Both the position numbers and the translations under genes were made by a program. From positions 1 to 64,000 of the forward strand of contig CAWDTA010000002.1 of the NCBI GenBank assembly GCA_963805085.1: DNA of 64,000 nt. The letters run 5' to 3'. Of this stretch, positions 19,564 through 29,669 are shown piece by piece (the stretch's first letter is position 1; each line of letters starts with the position of its first letter). Under the pieces are notes generated by a model. It was not told where the DNA came from. It saw only the letters and a list, made by a program, of their open reading frames with translations, and searched no databases. The stretch is from an uncultured Veillonellaceae bacterium (GTDB taxonomy: Bacteria > Bacillota > Negativicutes > JARBTT01).

Positions 19564-20610
19564 TTATATGCCGCTCTCATAAACATTAGGAACGACAGAC
19601 ATTCCTGGTCCCAGTAATAAAGCATCCTCTGTTGATAATTGATCAAACGTGATTTTAACAGGAATACGTTGTACTGTCTTGACAAAATTTCCTGTTGCAT
19701 TTTCGGCTGGAAACAAAGAGAAATGAGCTCCTGTACCGGCTTGAAAACTATCTACTTTTCCCTGCAATTTTAAATTAGGAAACGCATCTACGGTAATATC
19801 AACCTTATCTCCTAGACGCATGCCCTGCATTTGATTTTCTTTAAAATTTGCGGTAACCCATAAATCTAAACCGACCAAAGAACAAAGCTGTGTTCCTGCC
19901 TGTACATATGTTCCAACCTCAACACTACGTTTTGTGATTCTACCATCCATTGGAGCAATTATTTTTGTGCTTTGCAAGTCATTTTCTGCTTGTACTAAAT
20001 CTGCTTCAGCTTTTTTTACCTCTGCTTTTAATTGTTCGACATTATCCTGCGAAGCAGCAACTATAGCAGGGGCTGCATTCGACGCATCAAGTTCCGCTTT
20101 CATTTGTTCTAAATCTGCTTTTGCTGAGCTTTCCGTAGCAACTGCTTGATCAAACTGTTCTTCCGAACAAGCCCCGCTGTTTATTAGCATTTGCATACGT
20201 TGTTTGTCTGCAAAAGATTTCTTCCAAGTAGCCTGCGCAGCATCTACCTTCTTTTGAGAAGCCGCTACATCTGCCGGAGCTGTTATGGCTGTCTTTGCCA
20301 TATTATTTTGTGATCCAGACAATGCTGCTTGTGCTGCAATTAAAGCTGCTTTTGCATGATCTACCTTAACTTGATAATCTACAGTATCAACTTCCATGAT
20401 AACTTCGCCTGCACTTACTTTTTGATTATCCTCCACATTAATCTTATATATATATCCTTGAATTTTTGGACTTAACACAACAGTTTTCCCATCAATTACC
20501 GCATTATCCGTAGAAACTTTTTGATAATTGCTATAAAAATAGAATCCAGCCAGCAAAGACACTACAAGGATAAAAGCAACTAAAACTATCCTCTTTTTAT
20601 TTTTTTTCAT
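19564..20610 (-). CDS. emrA: HlyD/EmrA membrane fusion protein
   Basis: STDNA, WVTANFKE, FSLFPAENATGNFVKTVQRIPVKI. Confidence 0.92.
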   Translation of the reverse strand: MKKNKKRIVLVAFILVVSLLAGFYFYSNYQKVSTDNAVIDGKTVVLSPKIQGYIYKINVEDNQKVSAGEVIMEVDTVDYQVKVDHAKAALIAAQAALSGSQNNMAKTAITAPADVAASQKKVDAAQATWKKSFADKQRMQMLINSGACSEEQFDQAVATESSAKADLEQMKAELDASNAAPAIVAASQDNVEQLKAEVKKAEADLVQAENDLQSTKIIAPMDGRITKRSVEVGTYVQAGTQLCSLVGLDLWVTANFKENQMQGMRLGDKVDITVDAFPNLKLQGKVDSFQAGTGAHFSLFPAENATGNFVKTVQRIPVKITFDQLSTEDALLLGPGMSVVPNVYESGI

Positions 20611-20629
20611 TGTTATCACTCCCTAGAAA

Positions 20630-21100
20630 TTAGCTATTCTCACTTTCAAGTATTTTATTTACACATTCTTCTATATCAGACATAATTTCATTAAAAAATG
20701 TCATTTCTTCTTGCGTAAAATCGCCGAATTTTTTTATAATGTTTTTGCTAAGTTTTTCATGAAATTCCAGATGATGGTTATATGCTATTTTCCCCTTATC
20801 TGTCAATTCAAGCTGTACAACTTTTTTATTTTGTGGGTTTATAGATCGACTGACCATATCCTTTTGCGTTAATTTTTGAACGACTTTAGGAATCGCACTT
20901 TTTCTAATCCCCATTTTTTCTGCAATTTCTGTAATATTAATTCCCTGATTTCTGCCAATGATATCAATGGTATGAATTTCGGAAGCATATAATATTTCGT
21001 CTGTTCCAAAATATCTAGGTGCTTTGAATCCTTCATTTATTTTGTTGGCAATTCTTAAAATTTTTTCAAATTGAGTTGCATAGGGAATTTTATTTTCCAT
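20630..21100 (-). CDS. MarR-family regulator
   Basis: SEIHTIDIIG..INITEIAEKMG..LTDKG winged helix. Confidence 0.9.
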   Translation of the reverse strand: MENKIPYATQFEKILRIANKINEGFKAPRYFGTDEILYASEIHTIDIIGRNQGINITEIAEKMGIRKSAIPKVVQKLTQKDMVSRSINPQNKKVVQLELTDKGKIAYNHHLEFHEKLSKNIIKKFGDFTQEEMTFFNEIMSDIEECVNKILESENS

Positions 21101-21122
21101 TTCTAAAACCTCCGTTCGTTTT

Positions 21123-21172
21123 GTTCACCTGGTGTACTATTAAAGTATAAACTTTTTTCTTTTCAGTGTCAA
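21123..21172 (-). promoter_or_regulatory. SigmaA promoter and candidate MarR operator
   Basis: TTGACA-N17-TATACT (21172-21144), followed by dyad GTACACC-A-GGTGAAC. Confidence 0.7.
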
Positions 21173-21233
21173 TATTAAACATACTTAACTCAAATAGCCA
21201 AAAAAAAAAATACCTTTTATATTCTTTATAGAA

Positions 21234-21474
21234 AGATAATCCTTATGACAATGCCGTTATGGAATCTTTTTATCGCACACTAAAACGAGAGCTTGTTCAG
21301 GATGCAGATTACAATGATCCCGAACAAGCTCGCATGAAAATATTTAAATATATTGAAACCTATTATAATACAAAACGCATACGTTCCGCATTGGGGTGGC
21401 TCAGTCCAGAGCAATTTGAATTACAAAATTGTCAAAAGCCTTAACTTTGTGTCTATTTTTTCTTGACCTTTCCA
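21234..21474 (+). mobile_element. IS3-family right-end remnant (transposase C-terminus)
   Basis: NPYDNAVMESFYRTLKRE..YIETYYNTKRIRSALGWLSPEQFE, then IR-like TGTGTCTATTTTTTCTTGACCTTTCCA. Confidence 0.88.
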
Positions 21475-21515
21475 GTACACATTAAACTTTGACAGGAGTT
21501 CCATTATTTTTGCTA

Positions 21516-21995
21516 TCACCAGTGATACTTCTCACCCTTATTAATCTTAAAAGCTCTATACACTTGTTCTACCAAAAACAACCTCACCATCTGGTGTGTA
21601 AAGGTCATTTTTGAGAAAGATAGCTTTTCTTTGGCGGCTTTTCGGACCTCTGGCGAGAGGCCGAAGGCACCGCCTATGAGAAATGTTATATGGCTTTGAC
21701 CTTTAAGACCTAGGTTGGCGATGTTGGCGGCTAGGTCTTCGGAGGAGACGTTTTTACCAAATACATCAAGGACGATAAGATGACTGCCCTCGGGCACTGC
21801 TTTTAGAAGACGCTCACCTTCTTTGGTGAGCGTCTTTTGTTTTTCAGCTTCGGATGGATTCTCTGGCATTTTTTCTTCGTCTATTTCAACGATATTTACC
21901 TTAGCATACAGCGTTAACCGTTTCATGAATTCGGCAATTCCTATTGTTAAATATTTTTCTTTGATTTTTCCTACGGCTAATATTGTAATCTTCAT
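21516..21995 (-). CDS. rlmH: 23S rRNA pseudouridine-1915 N3-methyltransferase
   Basis: AVGKIKEKY, FLIGGAFG, SFSKMTFTHQMVR, EQVYRA, YHW. Confidence 0.97.
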   Translation of the reverse strand: MKITILAVGKIKEKYLTIGIAEFMKRLTLYAKVNIVEIDEEKMPENPSEAEKQKTLTKEGERLLKAVPEGSHLIVLDVFGKNVSSEDLAANIANLGLKGQSHITFLIGGAFGLSPEVRKAAKEKLSFSKMTFTHQMVRLFLVEQVYRAFKINKGEKYHW

Positions 21996-23110
21996 TATTC
22001 GTTCGCTGGCATCTCCTCTAATTTTACTTCTACTGTTGTTTTATTTCCATCGCGATCCAGCTCTACATTTACTTTTTTGCCAACTTCATAATTCGCAATA
22101 ACCGTCCGTAAATCTACGACACTATTGATTGCTTCATCATTAATTTTTAAGATAATATCACCCTTTTTAATACCAGCCTTCTCTGCTGGGCCTCCTTTGC
22201 TCACATTAGCAATATAAACGCCAGTATCAATGTTTAATTGATATCCTTGCCTTGCCGCTGAATCTTTATCATAGGCTCCAACACCCAAGTATGGACGAGC
22301 TACTTTTCCATGATCGATAATCGCTTGCACAATCGGACGAACGGTATTGGCAGGAATGGCAAGACCGATACCTTCTACCCCTGCTACTGATATTTTCGCA
22401 CTATTGATACCGATTACCATGCCATCGGCATTCACTAACGCACCACCTGAGTTACCAGGATTGATTGCCGCATCGGTTTGAATTAATTTGAAGCGACGTT
22501 CACCGATTTCAATGGAACGATTCAAGGCGCTAATAACCCCTGTTGTTACACTGCCTTTGAATTCTTGACCGAGTGGATTGCCGATGGCAATCGCTGGTTC
22601 ACCAACTAGGATTTCATCGGAATTACCAAGTGTTGCAAACGGTAGATCTTTCGCATCTACTTTAACGACTGCTAAATCTGTTACCGGGTCTGTACCCAGA
22701 ACTTTACCGTTTAACGTTCTGCCATCAGATAAGGAGACAACGATTTCTTCTGCCCCTTCAACAACGTGGTTATTCGTCACGATATAACCATTTGCATCAA
22801 TAATAACCCCTGAGCCTGATCCTTGTTCAACCGTTACCTTGTTGTTGAACCAGTCGCGTGCACTTGCTTTATTGGTAATACCAACGACAGCCGGTCCAAC
22901 CGCTTGCGCTACTCTTACGACTGGAGTATTTCTGGCATCGGATATATTGGTGTTAGTTGGCACTTGTAAATTAGGCTGCGCCGCTTGAACCTTTGATTTA
23001 GCACCTTCACCAGCAAAATTTGTACAGCCTGAAAATAGCACACCACCAATAATTCCGACAAATAATACGACAAATAGATATGGTGTTAATTTTTTATAAT
23101 AGTGTTTCAT
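21995..23110 (-). CDS. htrA: HtrA/DegP-like serine protease with PDZ domain
   Basis: GSGSGVI, TNNHVV, DLAVVK, QTDAAINPGNSGG. Confidence 0.95.
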   Translation of the reverse strand: MKHYYKKLTPYLFVVLFVGIIGGVLFSGCTNFAGEGAKSKVQAAQPNLQVPTNTNISDARNTPVVRVAQAVGPAVVGITNKASARDWFNNKVTVEQGSGSGVIIDANGYIVTNNHVVEGAEEIVVSLSDGRTLNGKVLGTDPVTDLAVVKVDAKDLPFATLGNSDEILVGEPAIAIGNPLGQEFKGSVTTGVISALNRSIEIGERRFKLIQTDAAINPGNSGGALVNADGMVIGINSAKISVAGVEGIGLAIPANTVRPIVQAIIDHGKVARPYLGVGAYDKDSAARQGYQLNIDTGVYIANVSKGGPAEKAGIKKGDIILKINDEAINSVVDLRTVIANYEVGKKVNVELDRDGNKTTVEVKLEEMPANE

Positions 23111-23171
23111 AATAAACTAACCTCCTAATACTTATTATATTTATTATTTAAATTTACAGGATAACACTTGT

Positions 23172-23933
23172 TTATAAACCTACCATTTGGCTTTGACTCG
23201 CCAAGCGAATGTCGAGTTCGCAGCCTTGTTCTCTGACGATTTTATTGACTGTTTCCCGGGCAATACTTGGTCGATTGTTCTCTGCGCTAAGATGTGCTAG
23301 GAAAACTTTCATGTGTTTTTGCTTTTCCATTCGTACCAATGCCCAAGCGGCATCCGCATTGGATAAATGCCCGCGATTGCCTAAAATACGTTGTTTTAAA
23401 TACTGTGGATACGTCCCATTTTTGACCAAATCCACATCATGGTTTGCTTCAAGTATGAGTACATCCGAGTTGTCTAATGCTTTTTGTACACTGCTCGTTA
23501 CAAAGCCTAAATCTGTTGCTACCGTACATTTGACATCTTTGCCATAAATACAAAACCCGACAGGATCAGCGGCATCGTGAGAGATATTGAAGCTCTCAAT
23601 TTTCAGTCCACCGATGCCTAATTTGTCACCAATTTCATTGCAACATTCGTCAACAATTTCACTTCGGCAAACCATCGACCGAAAGGTATCTGGGCGCGTA
23701 TAAATAGGCAGTTTATATTTTTTCGTCAATGTCGGCAAGCCATTGATATGATCGCGATGTTCATGGGTGATTAAGATACCATTGAGTTCTTCAATCGCCA
23801 CGCCGATATTGGCTAGGCTGGCTTTGATTCGCCGGGCACTAATCCCTGCATCCACCAAAAGTTTGGTATCACCAATCTGCACATACGTCGAATTTCCCTT
23901 ACTGCCACTTGCGAGTACATGTACCTGTATCAC
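23172..23933 (-). CDS. yycJ: MBL-fold metallo-hydrolase (YycJ/WalJ-like)
   Basis: LASGSKGN, THEHRDH, SHDAADP, EANHD, HLSN. Confidence 0.88.
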   Translation of the reverse strand: MIQVHVLASGSKGNSTYVQIGDTKLLVDAGISARRIKASLANIGVAIEELNGILITHEHRDHINGLPTLTKKYKLPIYTRPDTFRSMVCRSEIVDECCNEIGDKLGIGGLKIESFNISHDAADPVGFCIYGKDVKCTVATDLGFVTSSVQKALDNSDVLILEANHDVDLVKNGTYPQYLKQRILGNRGHLSNADAAWALVRMEKQKHMKVFLAHLSAENNRPSIARETVNKIVREQGCELDIRLASQSQMVGL

Positions 23934-25289
23934 TTACATAGCTCCATTCATTTTTGCGACCTCTTTAGCAACGTCATCTTTTATAATTTCTGGCAAGGCA
24001 TTGACTAATAATGTTTGAATTTCACGCAATCTTTCTTGTGTCTTCGCTTCAAACCGCAAGGTAAAGATTGGTTCTGTAACCGAAGAACGGATCATGCCCC
24101 AACCATCAGCAAATTCTAAACGGACACCATCAATTAGATTGGTTTTATACGCGGATAAATTTTCTGCCACTTTGGCAAGTACAGCTTCTTTATCATTTGG
24201 CAAGTATTTTACCCTTGCCTCGGTCGTTAAAATGTAATTTGGAATTGCATCAATCAAGGCGGAAAGTTTTCCATGCCGTGCTATGTATTCACACATTTTA
24301 AGACCAGCAAACATCCCATCATCATAGCCGAGTTCACAGAAGAAGAAATGCCCACTGATTTCACCAGCAAATAATGCTTTTTCACTGATAAATTTACGTT
24401 TACAGAAGGTATGTCCTGCCCGCGTCATGATTGGTCGTCCGCCCGCCTCAGTAATTTGCTGGGGAACTACCATAGAGCATTTCGCATCATAAATAATGTT
24501 ACCCTGCTCAGCTTCGAGATAATTGCGCGATAACAAGACTAAGATATCATCGTTATCTACAGCACGACCATTTTCATCAACAAAGCCCGCCCGATCACCA
24601 TCACCATCAAAGCCAATTCCAATATCAGCACCGACTTCTTTGACCTTATCACCAAGCTTTTTCAAGTTTTGCGGATACGCAGGATTTGGTGGACGATTTG
24701 GGAACGTACCATCTGTTTTGCAGAATAACTCTACCACTTCGTAACCACAGGTACGATATAAAGCTGGTGCAAAATCTGATACAGCACCATTGCCAGCATC
24801 AATCACGACTTTCAGCTTACCTTCTTTGGCTTTTCCCGCAGTTTGTTGAATATAATCTGCTATAATATCTAGCTTTTTAAGAGAACCTTTTCCTTCTACG
24901 TAAGCATTTTGCTCTACTAATTTAGCAATTTCATGAATGTCCTCTTCACTGACAGGCATATTCCCCAAGACCAATTTAAATCCATTATATTCTGGCGGAT
25001 TATGCGAAGCCGTTACCATGATACCACCCTCGGCCCCGCTTACTTCTAAAGCATAATAAAACATCGGCGTTGCAATGTTACCAACATCGATAACTTCAGA
25101 GCCAGATGCCACCAATTCGTTTATTACAATCTCTTTTAACCTTGCTGTCGATAAACGAAAATCACCACCGACAGCAACTTTTTTACCGGTTAATTTTACG
25201 CCAATTGCTTTAGCAATGCTTGTTACCACTTCATTGGTTAATTCAGTATCGGCTACGCCTCTAATATCACAGGCTTTAAATAAGCTCAT
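23934..25289 (-). CDS. Phosphomannomutase/phosphoglucomutase
   Basis: FKACDIRG, TASHNP, DGDGDR, GEISGH. Confidence 0.95.
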   Translation of the reverse strand: MSLFKACDIRGVADTELTNEVVTSIAKAIGVKLTGKKVAVGGDFRLSTARLKEIVINELVASGSEVIDVGNIATPMFYYALEVSGAEGGIMVTASHNPPEYNGFKLVLGNMPVSEEDIHEIAKLVEQNAYVEGKGSLKKLDIIADYIQQTAGKAKEGKLKVVIDAGNGAVSDFAPALYRTCGYEVVELFCKTDGTFPNRPPNPAYPQNLKKLGDKVKEVGADIGIGFDGDGDRAGFVDENGRAVDNDDILVLLSRNYLEAEQGNIIYDAKCSMVVPQQITEAGGRPIMTRAGHTFCKRKFISEKALFAGEISGHFFFCELGYDDGMFAGLKMCEYIARHGKLSALIDAIPNYILTTEARVKYLPNDKEAVLAKVAENLSAYKTNLIDGVRLEFADGWGMIRSSVTEPIFTLRFEAKTQERLREIQTLLVNALPEIIKDDVAKEVAKMNGAM

Positions 25290-25491
25290 CATAATCTCCT
25301 TATCTAACATTAAAATATCAATCTTTATTTTACCTTTGAACGAAACACAATACAAGTACTTATATTAATGTAACCAATTTACTCCACCTTCATAATATAT
25401 AGTAAAGCAAAAACTGCAAGGATGTGTTGTTATGCAGCCTCACCTGAGACTAAAAAGAATCAGCGCTGTTTTTCATAAAAGGAGGTTCTTT

Positions 25492-25674
25492 ATGGCAAGT
25501 ATAGAGAAAATCGCAAAAAGTATGATGCATGAAATATCCGATGGCAAAGTCGCCTTACATGAGTCATTCGCGGCTTACCTTCGCAATCAGGAAGTCATTA
25601 TCGCCCAAAATAAACATGTCATTGACACGTTGGAATCAATTAATCAAAAATTAACCCCCCCAACTGCTGAATAA
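25492..25674 (+). CDS. Small hypothetical protein
   Basis: AAAGGAGG RBS before MASIEKIAK. Confidence 0.65.
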   Translation: MASIEKIAKSMMHEISDGKVALHESFAAYLRNQEVIIAQNKHVIDTLESINQKLTPPTAE

Positions 25675-25741
25675 AAAAAATCGTGATCGTATAGCTTTAC
25701 TTGTAGCTACTCGCTCACGATTTTCTATTTGTACCACAATA

Positions 25742-26164
25742 TTAATGTTTTGTCTGACAGTTTGGGCAGATACCATAGAAATAAAATTGTTGCCCTGTTA
25801 ACTGATATGAGGTTTTTTGTGCTACCTTAGCCACAAACTCACTTGCATCAACTTCAAAAATATCATCGACACGTTTGCACATCATGCAACGTACATGCGG
25901 ATGATTGTCCGTGTTCGCATCATAGCGAAAACTATCCTCGCCAACATTGAGAACCTGTACCAAGCCAATCTCTTTTAAAATTTCAATCGTTTTATATACA
26001 GTTGCTAAACTCATCGTTGGATAGCGCGGTTGAAGCTGATTAAAAATTACCTCAGCACTTGGATGCTCCGTCGTGTTGTATAACACATCATAAATTGCTA
26101 AACGCTGTGGCGTAACTTTAAAACCTTTTTCCCGTAACAAGGATGTCACGCTTTGCTCATCCAT
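25742..26164 (-). CDS. Fur-family regulator (PerR-like)
   Basis: TPQRLAI, HPSAE, SLATVYK, HPHVRCMMC, CPNC. Confidence 0.93.
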   Translation of the reverse strand: MDEQSVTSLLREKGFKVTPQRLAIYDVLYNTTEHPSAEVIFNQLQPRYPTMSLATVYKTIEILKEIGLVQVLNVGEDSFRYDANTDNHPHVRCMMCKRVDDIFEVDASEFVAKVAQKTSYQLTGQQFYFYGICPNCQTKH

Positions 26165-26346
26165 CTCTTCACCACCTTAAAATATTTTTAAATTCGCTTT
26201 ATATTCTTAAAGAAACATTATTCTTATGGAATTTATTTCCACGAGAAAATGTTATTTAAGAAATAAAGACTATTAAATAGCTATAGTATGTATTTATCTT
26301 ACTCAAATATATAATACTTGTCAATATAACTTGACGGTTTTATTCA

Positions 26347-26386
26347 GAAAAATAACCCGTAAAAATTCTTTTACGGGTTATTTTTC
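26347..26386 (-). terminator. Intrinsic terminator
   Basis: GAAAAATAACCCGTAAAA / TTTTACGGGTTATTTTTC. Confidence 0.8.
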
Positions 26387-26433
26387 GTCAAATTTCGATA
26401 TTTTTCTCAGTAAAACAACTTTCTCTTTCTATG

Positions 26434-26769
26434 TTATCTACTTGATGACGTAAAATTTTGTTTTACTTTATTGATTGCTTGAGGACTTGCTGCTTGTGTT
26501 TGATAATACCCTTTTTGCTCCATAATATCGAAGATTTGTTTTTGTTGTCCATAAACATCACCGAGTACGGTCATATAATCACGTCTAAGTTGGTCATCAG
26601 AAGATTCTAAAATATAATTATTAAGGGAAGCTGCCATTAATTTTGAATCATTTAAAGCCACCTGCAATACATTTTGTTCAGAAAACTGATTTACTTGGCC
26701 ATTCATCTGCCCACTACTTTGCATCTGTGCATTACTTTGTTGTTGTGAACTGTTATTTTGCTGTACCAC
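26434..26769 (-). CDS. Coat F-domain spore protein
   Basis: YILESSDDQLR..QKQIFDIMEQKGYY pattern; Gln-rich N-terminus. Confidence 0.75.
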   Translation of the reverse strand: MVQQNNSSQQQSNAQMQSSGQMNGQVNQFSEQNVLQVALNDSKLMAASLNNYILESSDDQLRRDYMTVLGDVYGQQKQIFDIMEQKGYYQTQAASPQAINKVKQNFTSSSR

Positions 26770-26784
26770 TCATTTCACCTCTTT

Positions 26785-26982
26785 CTATTGAATATTTTGT
26801 CCAGCGTTTAAATGTTTACTTAATGTTTGCGCATTTTGCGTGCATTTTTGTGAAATTTGTTGAAATAATTGTTTTGTCTGGGAATCTTGCAAAGTGCTAG
26901 CAAAATTGTTCATCGTTTGGGAGGAACTTTGTGCCTGATTTAAGTAATCTCCTAGTGATATCAATTCTTTCTCTGTTAACAT
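26785..26982 (-). CDS. Small sporulation-associated protein
   Basis: MLTEKEL..QDSQTKQLFQQ; AAAGGAGG RBS; upstream of the coat F gene. Confidence 0.7.
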   Translation of the reverse strand: MLTEKELISLGDYLNQAQSSSQTMNNFASTLQDSQTKQLFQQISQKCTQNAQTLSKHLNAGQNIQ

Positions 26983-27010
26983 CCTCTGGCCTCCTTTCCA
27001 ATTACAAAGT

Positions 27011-27040
27011 TAGTTTGCACGAGTCAAGCCTGAAAAATGC
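27011..27040 (-). promoter_or_regulatory. SigmaG-like promoter
   Basis: GCATT-N18-CAAACTA on the minus strand. Confidence 0.45.
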
Positions 27041-27149
27041 ATAATAAAATGGTATAATCATAAATTTTTATTGCAATTTTTGTAATCCACTTCTCACGCT
27101 TTACCTTGATATTTCTCCTTGCTTTTGTGGTATAATAAACTTTATTATT

Positions 27150-27270
27150 AGAGACTGTTACAAAGCACCCATCTACGTTACTCATCCTGCGAGCACTCGC
27201 TCAACGTACACGTACGCCCTCACTCGCGTTCTCGCCCAGCCTAGCATTTGGGCATCTTGTAACAGTCTCT
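27150..27270. repeat. MITE-like structured element with a 14 bp terminal inverted repeat
   Basis: AGAGACTGTTACAA / TTGTAACAGTCTCT with internal CGTAC-A-CGTACG; lies between a TGGTATAAT promoter (27128-27136) and tex. Confidence 0.7.
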
Positions 27271-27331
27271 TGCAATTTAAGGTTGTGTGTTTTTTCAAAC
27301 ACACTCTATTAATGAAAAAGTTGGTGACCAA

Positions 27332-29512
27332 ATGATTTTAGAAGAAATTGTTGGATTTATTGCTAAGGAACTTGCGATAAAACCACATCAAGTAAAGGCA
27401 ACAATCGATCTTTTGGATGACGGCAATACTGTGCCGTTTATTTCTCGTTACCGTAAAGAAGCAACGAACGAACTTAATGAAGATCACATCCGGACAATTG
27501 AGGAGCGTTTGCAATATTTACGCAATCTCGTTAAACGTCAAGAAGACATCCTAACAAATATTGAAGAACAAGGTAAACTGACCCCTGAATTAAAGGTAGC
27601 GATTGAACGCTCGACCAAACTACAAGAGCTAGAAGATCTCTATTTACCATACAAACAAAAGAAACGCACGCGTGCCCAAATCGCTCGCGAAAAAGGTCTA
27701 GAACCTTTAGCCGAGCTAATTTTAGCACAAGCATTAACGAGTGGTACACCACTTGATTGTGCTGCTAAGTACATCAATGAAGAAAAAGAAGTAACCTCCG
27801 CCGAATTGGCACTTGCTGGTGCTATGGATATCATTGCTGAAACCGTATGCGAGCAGGCTGATATTCGCGCTTTTTTGCGTAAACAACTTTGGCAATATGG
27901 CGAACTTAGCACTGATTTAGTAGCCGAAACAGAAGAAAGCAAAGCTTTCTTAATGTATAAAGAGCATCGCGAACCTGTCAACCGCATGCCTTCACACCGT
28001 ATTTTAGCAATGAACCGTGGTGAAAAGAAAGATATTCTAAAAGTAAAATTAGAAACCAACCACGATACGAATATTGATTTAATCACACGCCGGATCATTA
28101 CAAAGTCTTCTATTTTCACCGAATGTATTACCGAAGCAATTACCGATGGTTATAAACGCTTATTATTCCCGGCACTTGACCGTGAAATCCGCTCACTCTT
28201 AACAGAAAATGCGGAAAAACAAGCAATTCGTGTATTCGGTCTAAACTTAAAGCAACTATTATTACAACAGCCGCTTGCCGGTCATACGATTCTCGGTCTT
28301 GACCCTGGCTATCGGACTGGCTGTAAAATGGCAGTTATCAGCCCAACTGGTGCAGTTCTCGAACATGGCGTTTTATACCTGACTGCGAGTGATGCACAAA
28401 AACAGCAAGCAGGCGAGAAAGTCCTTGCGTTGATCAAAAAACATAATATTACCTTGGTTTCTATCGGTAATGGTACGGCTTCTTATGAAACCGAAGAATT
28501 TACAGCCAAATTAATTACTGACAATAATCTTGCTGTAAACTACCTAATCACCAATGAAGCTGGCGCATCTGTTTATTCAGCCTCAAAATTAGCGAAAGAC
28601 GAATTACCTGATTATGATGTCACGATTCGCGGTGCGGTATCCATTGCCCGTCGTGTCCAAGATCCACTTGCTGAACTAGTAAAAATTGATCCAAAATCGA
28701 TTGGCGTTGGACAATATCAACATGACGTAAACCAAAAAGAACTTTCTGGAACACTAGATAATGTTGTGGAATCGGCGGTAAATCATGTTGGCGTTGAATT
28801 AAATACAGCTTCGATTGAGCTGTTAAAACACGTTTCTGGAATCAATGCGACTGTAGCAAAAAATATCGTTGCCTATCGCGATGAAAATGGCAAATTTAAC
28901 AATCGCAAAGAAATTTTAAAAGTTGCCCGTCTCGGTCAATCCGCCTTTACGCAATGCGCTGGTTTCTTGCGTATTGCCGGTAGTAAATCGCCATTGGATA
29001 ACACTCCAGTACATCCAGAATCCTATAAAATCGCAGAAAGTATTTTAGTAGAACTTGGTTTCGCTGTAACTGACTTAAACGATAAGGATAAATTACAAGA
29101 ACTTCAAGCGAAATTAAAAACTGTGGATGTCGAAGCAGTTGCCCAAAAACTCGAAGCCGGTGTCCCAACAGTCCGTGATATCATCGACACTCTCGCAAAA
29201 CCTGGTCGCGACCCACGCGAAGATTTGCCGGCACCGCTTACGCGCAAGAGCATCGTAAAATTAACGGATTTAGCCGTTGGCACGATTGTCAAAGGAACAG
29301 TGCATAACATCACTGACTTTGGCGCCTTCGTCGATATCGGCATTAAAACAGCTGGACTGATTCACCGCTCTGAACTCAGTCACAAATTCTTCAAGCATCC
29401 ACTTGATGTCATCTCTGTTGGCGATGTCATCGACGTGATGATCATCAGCATCGACGCCGATAGAAACCGCATTGGGCTAAGTTTAAAGCAAGTGGAAAAG
29501 ATAGATAAATAA
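27332..29512 (+). CDS. tex: Tex/YhgF transcription accessory protein
   Basis: TVPFISRYRKE, LEDLYLPYK, GLDPGYRTGCK, NEAGASVYSAS, C-terminal S1 domain. Confidence 0.97.
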   Translation: MILEEIVGFIAKELAIKPHQVKATIDLLDDGNTVPFISRYRKEATNELNEDHIRTIEERLQYLRNLVKRQEDILTNIEEQGKLTPELKVAIERSTKLQELEDLYLPYKQKKRTRAQIAREKGLEPLAELILAQALTSGTPLDCAAKYINEEKEVTSAELALAGAMDIIAETVCEQADIRAFLRKQLWQYGELSTDLVAETEESKAFLMYKEHREPVNRMPSHRILAMNRGEKKDILKVKLETNHDTNIDLITRRIITKSSIFTECITEAITDGYKRLLFPALDREIRSLLTENAEKQAIRVFGLNLKQLLLQQPLAGHTILGLDPGYRTGCKMAVISPTGAVLEHGVLYLTASDAQKQQAGEKVLALIKKHNITLVSIGNGTASYETEEFTAKLITDNNLAVNYLITNEAGASVYSASKLAKDELPDYDVTIRGAVSIARRVQDPLAELVKIDPKSIGVGQYQHDVNQKELSGTLDNVVESAVNHVGVELNTASIELLKHVSGINATVAKNIVAYRDENGKFNNRKEILKVARLGQSAFTQCAGFLRIAGSKSPLDNTPVHPESYKIAESILVELGFAVTDLNDKDKLQELQAKLKTVDVEAVAQKLEAGVPTVRDIIDTLAKPGRDPREDLPAPLTRKSIVKLTDLAVGTIVKGTVHNITDFGAFVDIGIKTAGLIHRSELSHKFFKHPLDVISVGDVIDVMIISIDADRNRIGLSLKQVEKIDK

Positions 29513-29565
29513 TAACAGAAGAATGTCGTCAGCAATATAATTATATCGCTGACGACATTCTTTTT
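29359..29565 (+). repeat. Direct repeat, left copy: tex 3' end plus terminator
   Basis: Matches 54986-55191. Confidence 0.95.
29519..29565 (+). terminator. tex terminator
   Basis: AAGAATGTCGTCAGC..GCTGACGACATTCTTTTT. Confidence 0.85.
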
Positions 29566-29669
29566 GCGAAAAAGCAGCCGGAATTAGGAGTCAGACTATC
29601 CAGTCATTGATGATTTTTTTCATGCCGTGCTTATGACCTTTTTCGCGCATATTATTTACACCTGCTATC

